Below, piece by piece: positions 52,721 through 64,000 of a stretch of 64,000 nucleotides of DNA. Origin of the DNA: Octopus bimaculoides (Eukaryota); the NCBI RefSeq assembly GCF_001194135.2, contig NC_068983.1, positions 61,118,314 to 61,182,313 of the forward strand. The letters run 5' to 3'. The position numbers and the translations under genes are program-made. Each line of letters opens with the position of its first letter. Position 1 is the first letter of the stretch. A model generated the notes under the pieces. That model worked only from the letters and a program-made list of their open reading frames with translations. It had not been told where the DNA came from and did no database searches.

Positions 52721-53265
52721 GCATGTCACTATGTGCATGAGGTGGGACTGGGAAGGGATTATCCATTACGAATTGCTTGAACAGAACCAAACGGTCAATG
52801 CAGAACTCTATGTTCAACAGATGGAACAACTCAACACAGCTATTCAAGAGAAAAGACCTAATCATCAGCATGGAGTTCTTCTGCTGCACGACAACACTTG
52901 CCCTTACATCACCAATATGGCCGAGGAAGCCATTCAAACGCATGGATGGGAAGTGCTGCCACACCTGCTGTACTCTCCTGATTTGGCACCAACGGATTTC
53001 CACCTCTTTCGATCTCTTTCAAATGCTGTGTGCAGTGTTTCGTTCAATACTGATGCAGTATTGAGAGCTTAGTTGGATCAATTTTTTGAGTTGAAATCAG
53101 GTGATTTCTACCAACGAGGTATAGAAAATCTTGTTGAACATTTGGAAGAAGTTGTAAACAACAAGAGTGAATACATTATTGATTAATTAGTTGATATTTT
53201 TTTTATTAAACTTTTAAAAAAATTTTAATTTAAAAAACGGCGGGAACTTAGTTGCCAACCTAATA
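52721..53265 (+). mobile_element. Mariner (DD34D) transposase 3' half with right TIR
   Basis: WDWEGIIHYELL, LLHDN and YSPDLAPTDFHLFRSL; the end GGAACTTAGTTGCCAACCTAA is followed by TA. Confidence 0.9.
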
Positions 53266-55999
53266 ATAAGATATTTAATCTTATCTTTATATCTGCTAGC
53301 TTCTTCTGTTTTATTATAATACAAAATAGTTGTCAAAGATATCTTTATCAGATGACAGTTTAGAGATGCTTCTATTGATGTTAACTAGACTTTTGAAAAC
53401 TATAGGCTGGTGACTGGAATCCATATTTGTTAGGTTTGCTATATGGCTCTTATTTGTCAGTGGTTGACAATAACACCTACAAAATTTACATTTGAGTTCA
53501 TGGTAATTGTTATTTTCAGATTGAAATTATTAAGAGTGAGTAAATCTTTTCCATATTTTTGTAATCAGTTGTTATCTGTATGCCAATGTATCAATTCTAT
53601 ATCTGAGATCATGATATTACTTTTAAATGTATCTAAGATCTCATGCAGACATTGAATGAATCAAATAAATCTCTTACTTTTTTAAATCCAGTGATTTTAT
53701 TAAAAAAAGGATCACCACTTTGTGGGTTATATGTGAATATTCTGGTGAACTGGATTGCTTTGAGAAGGTGTTAGTTTATGGAAAGGTAGTGGTTCAAAAT
53801 AAAGCTGTTTTTCTTTTCCTTTTTGACATTACAATGGTCGACTGGCATGCCAAAGTTTTTCTTTGCACATTTTTCTGCTTTACTTTCAGACATTATGGAA
53901 ATTTCCACAAGAAATAAAGATGTTCAACCTATTGCTCAATGGTGTTTAAGCACAGTTAAACCTGTAATAACATTAACAATCATAAAACATAAATCTTTTT
54001 AGACTTCTTCAGGCAAAGAGGTTTACTTTCAAGAGATCACCTCTATGCTTAGAGTAGTGTTTGGTTTTTGTTTGAAGATGTGACCACCTCTTTGGTTTCA
54101 TTCTAGATAATTTTCCAGTTTTGTTATTTAATTAAATCTTCAAAGAGATCCTTGGGGCATCTCTAATTTGAACAACTTTGGGCTCACTATCTTAAAGCAG
54201 TTAACCAACATTAAAGCCCCCAAATTTTTGGTATGCTAAAACTTTGTTAATTTCATTTCTGGTCTTAGTTGTTTCCACATTGGAGACTGATAGTGAGGAG
54301 AGTAGTGAAGAGGATGATGTTTCTCTGGATATTTGATGGCAAGCAAACTGAAAACCATTAGGAATGCAGAGACCCCCCACCAAAAAAAAAAAAAAAAAAT
54401 CAGGAATGGTGGGGGTATGTTTTTGTGCAGTTTCAGGGAAGAAAAAAATTAACTATTATGCTGCACAGGTTTTTAAAATGAATGAATATAATTAAGTAAT
54501 CACTAAAATCTTGAGGCCTGTTCCAAGCAAGAATTTTGCCTGTTCTAAATTCACTATGTCAGTCTCTGCTAAAATAGGCATACATGAACATGAAGGTATC
54601 ACATACATTCTGTTATCTTTGTAAAACATGGAAAAACAATTTGTTACCGACAGAAACATGTTTCCTGTTGATTTATGGGCATAAAGCTAATAAACCTCAT
54701 TATATACTAAAGTGACATAAGGCCTAGTTGAAGTCACCAGATAAAATACATCATTGAAATTTAAAGCTGAAATGATGCTAATATAATTCTTGAATAGTCC
54801 TATAATTACTGGATTATTCTAACATACTCCACAGCATGTTCTAACATCACATTGTAAAACAAATTGGAATGTCCAGATTTGGGCCACAAAAACGATTTTT
54901 TTCATACCTCTGTTAAAAGTTTTTGCTAAGTTTGTTGGGTATGCATATATCTATAGAATAGATGTTGTAGGTTTATCAATATAACAGTATGCTATAATCT
55001 GATTAATAGCAAGTTTTTACACAGGTGTTTAAACATTTCAATCAGCTATAATGAGGTACAAAGACAGTATTTGAGAGGAAAGAATGTTACACGTGCTTAG
55101 TGCCATGTACAAAGCAACTGTACCAGTAATACATAGAAAGCGCCTGTAATGACGGTGATGAATAAAAGAGGTTATTATTATGCATAGGGCTTTTCCAGCA
55201 TGAAATGAGCTTGAGTTAAACAAGAATGAAAATTGAGTTGATGTTTGACTTGCCAATATTGTTCTCTTGCTCTACACTGTTCTATGCAGTTGCTCAATAG
55301 CCTTTCACTAAACCCTCTCCAATGCATGAATAGCACATGATTAAAGCCCTTGAAGGCACTGCATGTATCAAGCCTCAAAATCTATGATGATCTCTTATGG
55401 TGTCATCACATATATCAGCACCAGAACTGTATCCTAAAAACTTGAAGCAAACAGCAAACTTGCTTCTCAAGTTCAGTAAGCAGTCCATAACTTATCTTCA
55501 TTAATCTAGCTAACATCAGTTTTATGATCAGGTAACACCAAACTGAATAATGAATGTTTGTTTTTAATTGGAGACATTAATAGAAGTGATGATTAAAATG
55601 TTTGATTACTGTTTATAAGTCTCAAGATAAATCATAATATATTTACATTAACAATTTCCACTACTGTCAACCTAATCTTTTTTTCAACAATATTAAGGCA
55701 CTACCACTACACATATCAACAAAGAAAAAAAAAACTCATGAACAATGCACTTGTAAAACCCTCTAAGTTATTACATGAGCTAGATCTGATAGTCTCTTAT
55801 ACAACCAAAGTTATACGCCAAAGATGGCTGTATTTTCAGGACCAGAAAATATTTCTCGTTTTTTATTCAGTTACTGGCCCACTTCAAAACTCAAGTGCCT
55901 TCCACCTATCTCACACAATACTCACAGTAGTTAAGCATTCTTGACTGAATTGCAAATGATTGACAATAACCCCCTTATTAACAATAATCTATGAGCATA

Positions 56000-56208
56000 A
56001 GGCGGTGAGCTGGCAGAAATGTTAGCATGCTGGGCGAAATGCTTAGTGGTATTTTGTCTGTCTATTCTGAGTTCAAATTCTGCCGAGGTTGACTTTACCT
56101 TTCATCCTTTCAGGGGTAATAAGTTAAGTACCAGTTGTGTACTAGGGACGATCTAATCAACTGGATCCCTCCCACCAAATTTCGGGCCTTGTGCCTAGAG
56201 TAGAAAGG
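56000..56208 (+). mobile_element. Full-length tRNA-derived SINE with a 17-bp TSD
   Basis: TSD AATAATCTATGAGCATA at 55983-55999 and 56209-56225; same family as 52361. Confidence 0.92.
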
Positions 56209-57001
56209 AATAATCTATGAGCATATTGTTTCTCCTTTGTGTGTCTATCACAGCTTCAAATCCTTTGAATTAGAAAGCCCACTCAATGTACTCATTACCT
56301 TTACTGCACATCACCATCTAAAGCTCCACTATTCCTTTACCAGAACTATGTTCCTCTGGAAAATTTTCTTTACCAATATTTTTCTATAGATAGCAACCCA
56401 CCAAAACTGGATATCAACTGCATTGATTTCACCAGTCCAGGAGGACCTGCAATTATCAGAATATGAGTGCTACCCATCTTTCTTTGACTACATTAAAAAA
56501 AAAATCCTGACTCCTTCAGTGATTAATAAATAATAATGGGGGCAGCTTATTCAACTGTCTAAATATGAAAAGAAAAAATCAGCATGCAAAATGCCTATAA
56601 AGTAGTAAAATATATTGTTTGTCAAATTACTGTTTCCATGAAGAACATTAAATGTTTCAAAAATTCTCCTTGTTGCTGTTATTTTCAAAGTACCAAAATT
56701 TTCGTCTTTCATACTTTAAATTGTTAAATGTTATATTTACTGAGAACTGGAGCAAGTTTTAGGATAGGAAAAATAATTTCCAATGAAATATTTGTTCTGA
56801 GCAATATTTTCCTGTCAAATGCTTCTGCTGTGTTGAATGTATATAAATTAGGTCAAAACAAGTCAATCCTTGCTTCCTGATGAAAACTAAAAGAAATCTA
56901 TTTCAACTATAATTTCAAATATGAAGGAATTCACAGGATCTGTTGATTGTTATTGCTAAAGTGATGGTTTACATGTGGCACACTTGAAACAACTGAAAAA
57001 T

Positions 57002-57045
<44 letters not shown>

Positions 57046-57171
57046 TTTCTATTGCTGTCACAGATTTTGAAATTTTAAAAGTGAAAATGTTCAAATTGAC
57101 GTACTTTTTCAGATGAATATGTTTGTAATTAATTTATTCCAGAACAAAATTTTAGAAAAATGTCATAGAAG

Positions 57172-57947
57172 GGATCTTTGTGATTTGACGGGCAACATTT
57201 GTTTTCTTAACGAAACACTTTCGAACTTTGGACACTGGTAGAATGTGTCATATAAAACAACTCCTTCTCTTAACCTTCTTAACAAAAAATTGTACATCGC
57301 AAATTATTTCATGTTAAAGTTGTCGTATTTCTGTAATTTCAACCAATCACTGATGTCTATTCAGCTGAATACAGTTAGTGCTGTCAAGTGTGTTATTCCC
57401 TGTTTAATTATATCATTATTCCCTAGTAAGGGTTTAGGGTTTTAGGATTAGGGTTCGGGTTTTAGGGTCAGGGTTAGGGTTGGGGTTAGGGTTAGGGTTA
57501 TGGTTATGAGTTATAGGGCTAGAGTTAAGGTTATGGCAAAAATAATCATAACCCTAACCGTAATCCTAAAACTAACCCTAACTTTAAAACCCGAACCCTA
57601 ACTCTAAAACCCTAAAGCTAAAACCAGTACAAACGCACGAACGATGTCATAAATAACAGTGACACGGATAGTTTTTGTTGACAAACAATGGCACTAATTT
57701 TATTCAAGGGAAAAAATCCCGTAACACCGTTGTTTATATTCCACGGCGTAATTGTTTTCACCTCAATAGACGTCAGTGATTGGTTGAAATTACCGAAATA
57801 CGACAATTTTTTTACATGAAATAACTTCGAATACAAAATTTTTTATCTGTTCTATACCATAAAATATACAAGTATTCGAAGTTTGAAAGTGTTTCGGTAC
57901 CAAAAACTTTACATAAAAAAATGTTGCCCGTCAAATCACGAAGATCC
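57172..57947. mobile_element. Non-autonomous DNA transposon (Merlin-type MITE) with an internal (TTAGGG)n-(CCCTAA)n array
   Basis: 29-bp TIR GGATCTT(T/C)GTGATTTGACGGGCAACATTT with 1 mismatch; 8-bp TSD CATAGAAG at 57164-57171 and 57948-57955. Confidence 0.88.
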
Positions 57948-58211
57948 CATAGAAGTTCGAGCATTTTTATCCAATCAGAAAACAAAATTTGTACATAATA
58001 GCTGTGATAAATGAAAGTAAACATTAGAAGACAAAGTTTTAAACAAAATGAAAGTAAAGCGCAGAGTTAATACACAGAAAGAGAGTAAGTATTCAAGGAT
58101 ATTATAAATATATATAGAGAGAGATAGAGTGATGGTGTGAGGTAGAGAGTGGGAGATTTGTCGATCTAAAAGTTGAGTTATTTCTCGTAGAACATTATAT
58201 CATTATTATTT

Positions 58212-58287
58212 AAGGCGCAGGAGTGGCTGTGTAGTAAGTAGCTTGCTTACCAACCACATGGTTCTGGGTTCATTCCCACTGCGTGGC

Positions 58288-58325
<38 letters not shown>

Positions 58326-59177
58326 ATGCTTGTGTGTCTGTGTTTGTCCTCCACCCAACATCGCTTGACAACCGAAGCTGGTGTGTTTATGTCCCCGTAA
58401 CTTAACGGTTCGGCAAAAGTGACCGGATCTATTTTAAAACGGGGGCCACATTTTTCATTAATGTTTTACGTAGTGTTTTTGGTACGGAAAGACTTTCAAA
58501 CTTCGTATACTTATCTATTTTGTGTTATAGAACAGAAAAATATTTTTGTATTCAAATTTATTTCATGTAAAAAATTGTCTTATTTCGATAATTTCAACCA
58601 ATCACTGACAAGTATTCAGTTGTTTATATTTACTCCTTTGGCTGATTAAGCGGTGTAAAGCGTATTTAACCTCCATACCTTCGTTTTATTTGCTTTTTTC
58701 ATTTTAAATTTGCTTTAACCCTAACCCTNNNNNNNNNNNNNNNNNNNNNNNNNNNNNNNNNNNNNNNNNNNNNNNNNNNNNNNNNNNNNNNNNNNTTAGG
58801 GTTAGGGTTAGGGTTAATTGTTTCAGAATCGTTTGTTTATGTAGTCGGCACATAATGTATATCGGCTGAATGGACGTCAGTGATTGGTTGAAATTACAGA
58901 AATACGACAACTTTAACATGGAATAACTTATGGATTTCTTTTTTTTTAAAGAAGACTAAGAGAAAAAGATGTTTTGTATGACACATTCTACCAGTGTTCT
59001 AAGTTTCAAAGTGTTTCGTTAATGAAAAAATGTGGCCGCCGTTTTAAAAAAGATCCAAGTGACCGATAGAATAAGTACTAGGCTTACAAAGAATAAGTCC
59101 TGGGGTCGATCTGCTCGACTAAAGGCGGTGCTCTAGCATGGCCACAGTCAAATGACTGAAACAAGTAAAAGAGTAAA
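58212..59177 (+). mobile_element. tRNA-derived SINE split by the second MITE
   Basis: Head GGCGCAGGAGTGGCTGTGTAGTAAG...GGGTTCATTCCC; the body resumes at 59065 (GATAGAATAAGTACTAGG...ACAAGTAAAAGAGTAAAG). Confidence 0.85.
58425..59056. mobile_element. Second Merlin-type MITE (related subfamily, opposite orientation) with CCCTAA-gap-TTAGGG centre
   Basis: About 38-bp TIR GGATCT(A/T)TTTTAAAACGG(G/C)GGCCACATTTTT; 8-bp TSD AAGTGACC at 58417-58424 and 59057-59064. The arms are homologous to the swapped arms of 57172-57947. Confidence 0.88.
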
Positions 59178-59289
59178 GGACGACATTGTCATTAGGACAC
59201 AGATTTTAAAAATCAAATTCGTTTTTCTCGAGGATGCACCATTCGACTAAACACACTTACATTACCACATACACTCGCATTTATATAGT

Positions 59290-59445
59290 AGAAATGCGAG
59301 TATGTGTGTGTGTATTTGCGTGTCCTTGACCCCACCACACCCCGCCGATTACTTGTCAATCGTCGTTAATGCTTTTACGTCCCTGTAACTTAGTGGTTCG
59401 GCAAAACAGACCGTTAGAACAAATACCTGGCTTTAAAAAAATACT
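59290..59445 (+). mobile_element. Degenerate SINE fragment (same family as 58212)
   Basis: TTTTACGTCCCTGTAACTTAGTGGTTCGGCAAAACAGACCG. Confidence 0.6.
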
Positions 59446-60399
59446 AAGTAAAAAGTTACTTCACAAAAACCTCAGAGTTATGACAGTATAATATTGATTG
59501 TAAATACACAAATTATTTAAATGTACTCAGCATTCTTTTTTTTCACCCTTTGTAAAATTTTATCATTACGTATCCAATATATAAATGCATGTGCGTGTGT
59601 GTGCGTGCACATAATCATACACTAATGCACATCATATATTGCATAATCGATGTCGTATGTACTTCCTGGACCTATCTTGAAATTTTCACATCTGTCACAC
59701 TTACTTTGATTTACTTGCAACATTTTGATACTTGCTATAATCATAAATTAGGAGTAGATCTGTTAAATCTGTACATGTATAAACATAGCTAAGCTAACAC
59801 ATAATGTAACTGTGATTGTAAATTTAATACTAGGACTGGTTTATTTCCAGCTAAAGTGAAACTAAGTCTACATCTCCGGAATTCCTGCAGTTGTGATTGG
59901 AATCCCTTTTAGTTGACTCAGCTAACATGTTTGTCTCCCTACTTTTAGTGACTTTTACTGAATGTAGTAGTAACATGTAGGCTATCTAGTAAAGATTGGC
60001 AGATTATGTGTGTTCTGAGGAATCATGAATTGTCACGTTCCTGGTAAATTTTTAATTTCCATTTGGGACAAAGAATATGAAACTCATATTAGACAAATAT
60101 ATATATATATATATATTTGGCTTCTCTAATATAAAAGAGACAGCAAAGAAATGTGATGAGAATGTTTACTAAGGAATGAGTAAGACGATAGCTATCCTCT
60201 GGGGCTGGAGGACACTGAAGGAACTTGAGGCTAGATAAGTTCTGTGGCCCTAAGAAATGAGAATTTGAGAATGAAAAATTAGAAGCTGGCCCAGATTTAC
60301 AGTCACAAGTGGATATAACCTATAAGTTTCACCAGAAAGGAAATATTAAAATTATGGAAATAATGACACGGAGCGACCACTTTATAAACCTGTGTTTGC

Positions 60400-61248
60400 T
60401 GTAGTCAAATGTATGATACGAAACCCACGCTACGCCACGGAATGACGAACATCTATTCCCTTTACATTAACAGTAACATTTATGACCGGGAGAATGAAGA
60501 TATTGAAAAATCCTTCATAGTCGTGAGATCGAATAAAAAACAAGTAAATATGATATTGATTTACGACCTACATCACAACAAAACAGTAAAATTTCATTAT
60601 TCTTCCGAAGTTCACTTCTTACCTGCAAGTATTTCCCTAAATACGTTTAATCCTCGTTAACTTCTCACAGATAAAAGGGGCCAAGGGGTTTAACGAAGCA
60701 AGTTGGAAGATTTAATCGTTTCATTGACAAATAAGAACAATGAAATCATATCTATTTAATAATAGTCGAAACTGTACACATCAATAAGTAGAAAATATGT
60801 AAATATTTTTGTCTTGCATAGATGAGTAAGTTTCATGACTGTAACAGATGTAATTTTTCGCATGAGAAAGAAATCGTCATTTCAAAACATCTTTATGTTG
60901 TCATTAGCAACTCGATTACCACTTACATCGCAATCAAATTTTATGTTTGCTGAATAAGATTAATAGAAATAAAATTTCTGTTTATATCGCAAAGAAATAT
61001 CAAATAATTGATGAGTAATTATTTTTATAGTGAGAAATAATTTCACAATCATTATTTTATCAGCAGTAAAATAACAAACAAAGAAAAAATTCACATTGTG
61101 GTGCAAGGTTGTCATACTCTCCCTTTACAGAAATTTGTGCTTGGCTTAAGCGGCACACAATGGCGCTAATACATATTTACAATGGGACGATGTTAAAACG
61201 TTAGGTTTCTTATTTTATTTTTTTTTTTTAATCGGGAACGACTTCAGG
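60400..61248. promoter_or_regulatory. Probable promoter/5' UTR of the BLTP3-like gene, possibly bidirectional
   Basis: CpG-richer than the flanks; YY1-like AATGGCG at about 61159; a strong minus-strand donor CAG|GTAAGA at about 60622. Confidence 0.45.
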
Positions 61249-61292
61249 ATGACATCGTTACTAAAGAACCAGATCCTGAAGCATTTATCAAG
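61249..61292 (+). CDS. BLTP3: First coding exon of a BLTP3 (UHRF1BP1/UHRF1BP1L, SHIP164) family bridge-like lipid transfer protein
   Basis: ATG ACA TCG TTA CTA AAG AAC CAG ATC CTG AAG CAT TTA TCA AG|GTAAGT encodes MTSLLKNQILKHLSR, matching the family N-terminus MAGIIKKQILKHLSR. No exon 2 (FTKNLSP-like) was found within the window. Confidence 0.82.
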
Positions 61293-62213
61293 GTAAGTGA
61301 TATTTATGTGCCGTACAAAAGTGATGAAGATGGTTATAGTGGTCAGTGTAAGGCCCACGGCAGCTAGCTACTCCCACTACACACATCATGTTGACTCAGT
61401 GAACACAGTATCATTTTACATTGATACGACTTCTCTTTTACAAGGATTACATTAAGATATGAACACGCTATTACAATTTAAATGCACAGTGTCTGTTGGT
61501 TTTTACTCAACATCTGCGTTAATGCGTTTTATGGATAACATAGAAGTCCTATCCATCCACCCATCGTTATTTATATTTATTTCATCTATCTATCTATCTA
61601 TCTGTCTGTTTGTGTGTCTGTCTATCTGTCTATCTACATACGCGTGCACATACATACACGTACTTATACACACACGCATACATACATACTTTCACACGCA
61701 CACATTTGATGAAAGCTGATGATTCATTCTTTCTGTCGCTACTCGGAGGTTTTTTTTTTTTACTACATGTGATCCTTCTGGCGCTTGAAGGATCGCATAA
61801 GAAGCGACGTAACTGAAGCTTCGAAAGAATAAACTTTAATACATGTATTAAATACTTTTCTCATGTTTGTGTACATCCAATAATCTTCCAGAAAGCCTTA
61901 TCAATTTTTTAGATTCCTTTTTGTTTATCGAACTGACGCACACACCTAATCGTTTGTTTAACCTCAGGTCAGCTTTTCTCTGAGTAGACATTTAATCTAA
62001 AACGCGTTCCAGCTATGACAATTTTTTCCAGACATTATGTGTCTAGAATTATAATTTTCATTGTTTTTCATTTTATAAGATGTTAGCGTGTAATTTGAGG
62101 GAGCTTTAGTTTTTAAAAAATATTTTAGCTTGCCTCTTACTCATATCTCATCCTGTTTGTAGTTACCACACATACACTCGTACATACAAATTGGTAAATC
62201 TCGGTATGTGTGC

Positions 62214-62262
<49 letters not shown>

Positions 62263-63639
62263 GGCGATATTTCGATACGAGTCCTGATATCAGCCTTTTC
62301 CATCCACTCACACATATCCTGAGCAACTCAACTTTACAATTATCCGTTCAACATACACACACCCTGACCAAATCAAATTTATTCTGTACATTAGTCGTTG
62401 ATTAATCTAAATCGCTCATTATGAACCAGAATTCAGTTTCCTTTAACTTAATATTCTCCTTAGATTAAACTACGAGACTCTTAGGTTGAAATACTTTCCA
62501 CTATTTTGGCCTTTAGCTTAGTGCAGGTGAGGCATCTGGTGATATCCACTTATTGTATGCTCGAGTTTGTTGTTTGTTTTTGTCCCTCGCTCTTGCAGTG
62601 ATGGAAAACTATATAATATTCTCTGTCCTTAAAATGTGAGAAATATCTTCTGACGTGTCCTTCTATTTGGTTTGGTCGAGACATTCTGATTATATATCCC
62701 CTAACGTCAAATGAGATCTGCGAATGACCCCTAACATAGGCGTGGGTGGATCGTTCTTATGTCTCCCATCCTTAGTATGCGTACGGCGCTCTGATTATAT
62801 CCGCTTGCTTTGGTTGGGTCAGGCACTTCTTTTAAGTAATGTCATTTAAATTAGAATAGTTAAATACCATTAGTAGTATTTCTTCTGCTTTAAGTTGCTG
62901 TACATTTCTTAAACGTCAACTTTGACATTTCCATAGTGAGAATTAATTTATGTTAACACAACCTAGATGTCCCCACTGCTTATGTGTCTCCCGTTATCAG
63001 GCGCTATTCTCTTGAGCTGTTATACCGTCTTGTTCTTTAGCCATTCTTGCATTGATCGACTAGATCTATGATCAGAGACGTTCCATCCACGATTAATTAA
63101 TATTCTTTTTCTTTTCTGACAGTGAATCTAAGATTACATTATCCGGTTTATTGTGCTTGGTCTTGTTTTTCGAAAACAGTTAGGTGTGAGCTGAAGGAGA
63201 TTTAGCTGCTATTTCTAGCGCGTTTTGAGCAACTATGCAAATGCTCTTGCGATTTGGTTGTTATTTCTAGCATGAAGAGCGCCACGTAGACGCTCCCAAG
63301 TTTATAGATTTGACAAGAATGTCAATTACAGAAAATAACCAAACACATCACTGAACATAGCAGATGTGATGATGCTTACAATTATATTGTAGCCAGCTTT
63401 TTCTAATTTCATTTCTCGTCTTTAACCTTGACTTACCTCAGCGTTTTAGTCACATATAAGATAAATTTATAAATCCAATTGACCGTAGTTTTCGTCCTTT
63501 CGTTGGTTTTGTTTGTCAAAGGAGCTATGCACGTGGCCATCATAGACCTTGTGTGATTGGTGGGATTGATCTCGCTGCTTAGGATGTTGTAAGGAATACA
63601 TGTGGAGGGAGGAAGTTCGTGAGGACTGACATTCTGAGA

Positions 63640-64000
63640 AAGACTGGGCATAGTGTTTAGTGTGTGTGTAGGGGTGGGGTGGTGGTGCTGGTGGTAGACA
63701 ACAAAAGGAGGAGAGATAAGTAAGTTCAAGTGCCTGAATGGGAGTGTTTCAAGATCAGTCATCCCTGAAGAGCAAAGACCACTGTAGTAGCAGTTGAAAA
63801 AGTAGAGAGGAGACAATATGTGTGTGGGCCAGAAATTAGAGTATATTTGTGAGTCACTTTTTTGCCAATTACTTGAATGGCTTTTCTTTGGATGTCTGTT
63901 TGTAGTTGTAGCACAGTTCCAGATGTGACAATAGTTCTCTATTGTGGGTTAGCTTGTGTTTCGTATAGGCTTAAGTTCTTGGCTGGTGTGTTTTCTGGTT
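63640..64000 (-). mobile_element. Degenerate LINE 3' fragment, intronic
   Basis: A broken PTIENYCHIWN...DIQRKAIQVIG peptide resembling the C-terminus of the element at 30150. Confidence 0.5.

Noticed and set aside
56380-56480. Walker-A-like ILIIAGPPGLVKS
   Set aside because: It lacks the invariant Gly of GK[ST] (GxxxxGKS), and no NTPase fold follows.
57428-57614. Ancestral chromosome (telomere-telomere) fusion site
   Set aside because: The array is enclosed by TIRs and an exact 8-bp TSD, and a related element lies nearby, so it arrived by transposition.
63433-63816. 127-aa minus-strand ORF ending at a GTAAGT donor
   Set aside because: It overlaps decayed LINE sequence, is low-complexity, has no partner exons, and is antisense within the BLTP3 intron.

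Overview
AT-rich, microsatellite- and gap-rich animal genomic DNA. The repeat content (RTE LINEs with (ATG)n tails, tRNA-derived SINEs, long (TA)n/(CA)n tracts) points to a cephalopod, probably Octopus; this is inference. Three protein-coding loci are well supported. (1) An intronless TPBG/5T4/WAIF1-like LRR type-I membrane protein on the minus strand (20420-21622). (2) Head-to-head with it, a six-coding-exon, about 1555-aa protein with 10 C2H2 zinc fingers on the plus strand (28809-42947; all splice phases close). (3) The 44-nt first coding exon of a BLTP3/UHRF1BP1-family lipid-transfer gene (61249-61292), which the ORF track misses. The rest is mostly transposon debris: RTE, CR1 and L2-like LINEs, SINEs, Tc1/mariner remnants, a non-autonomous Helitron and an LTR. 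The two most unusual structures are (a) two Merlin-type MITEs (57172-57947, 58425-59056) with 8-bp TSDs that carry inverted TTAGGG/CCCTAA telomeric arrays and CCAAT+CRE-like motifs, and (b) two adjacent long inverted repeats (46066-46968) whose arms each contain a hammerhead-ribozyme-like motif, one of them on a tRNA-headed SINE. Ribozyme activity, transcription and novelty cannot be established from sequence alone.
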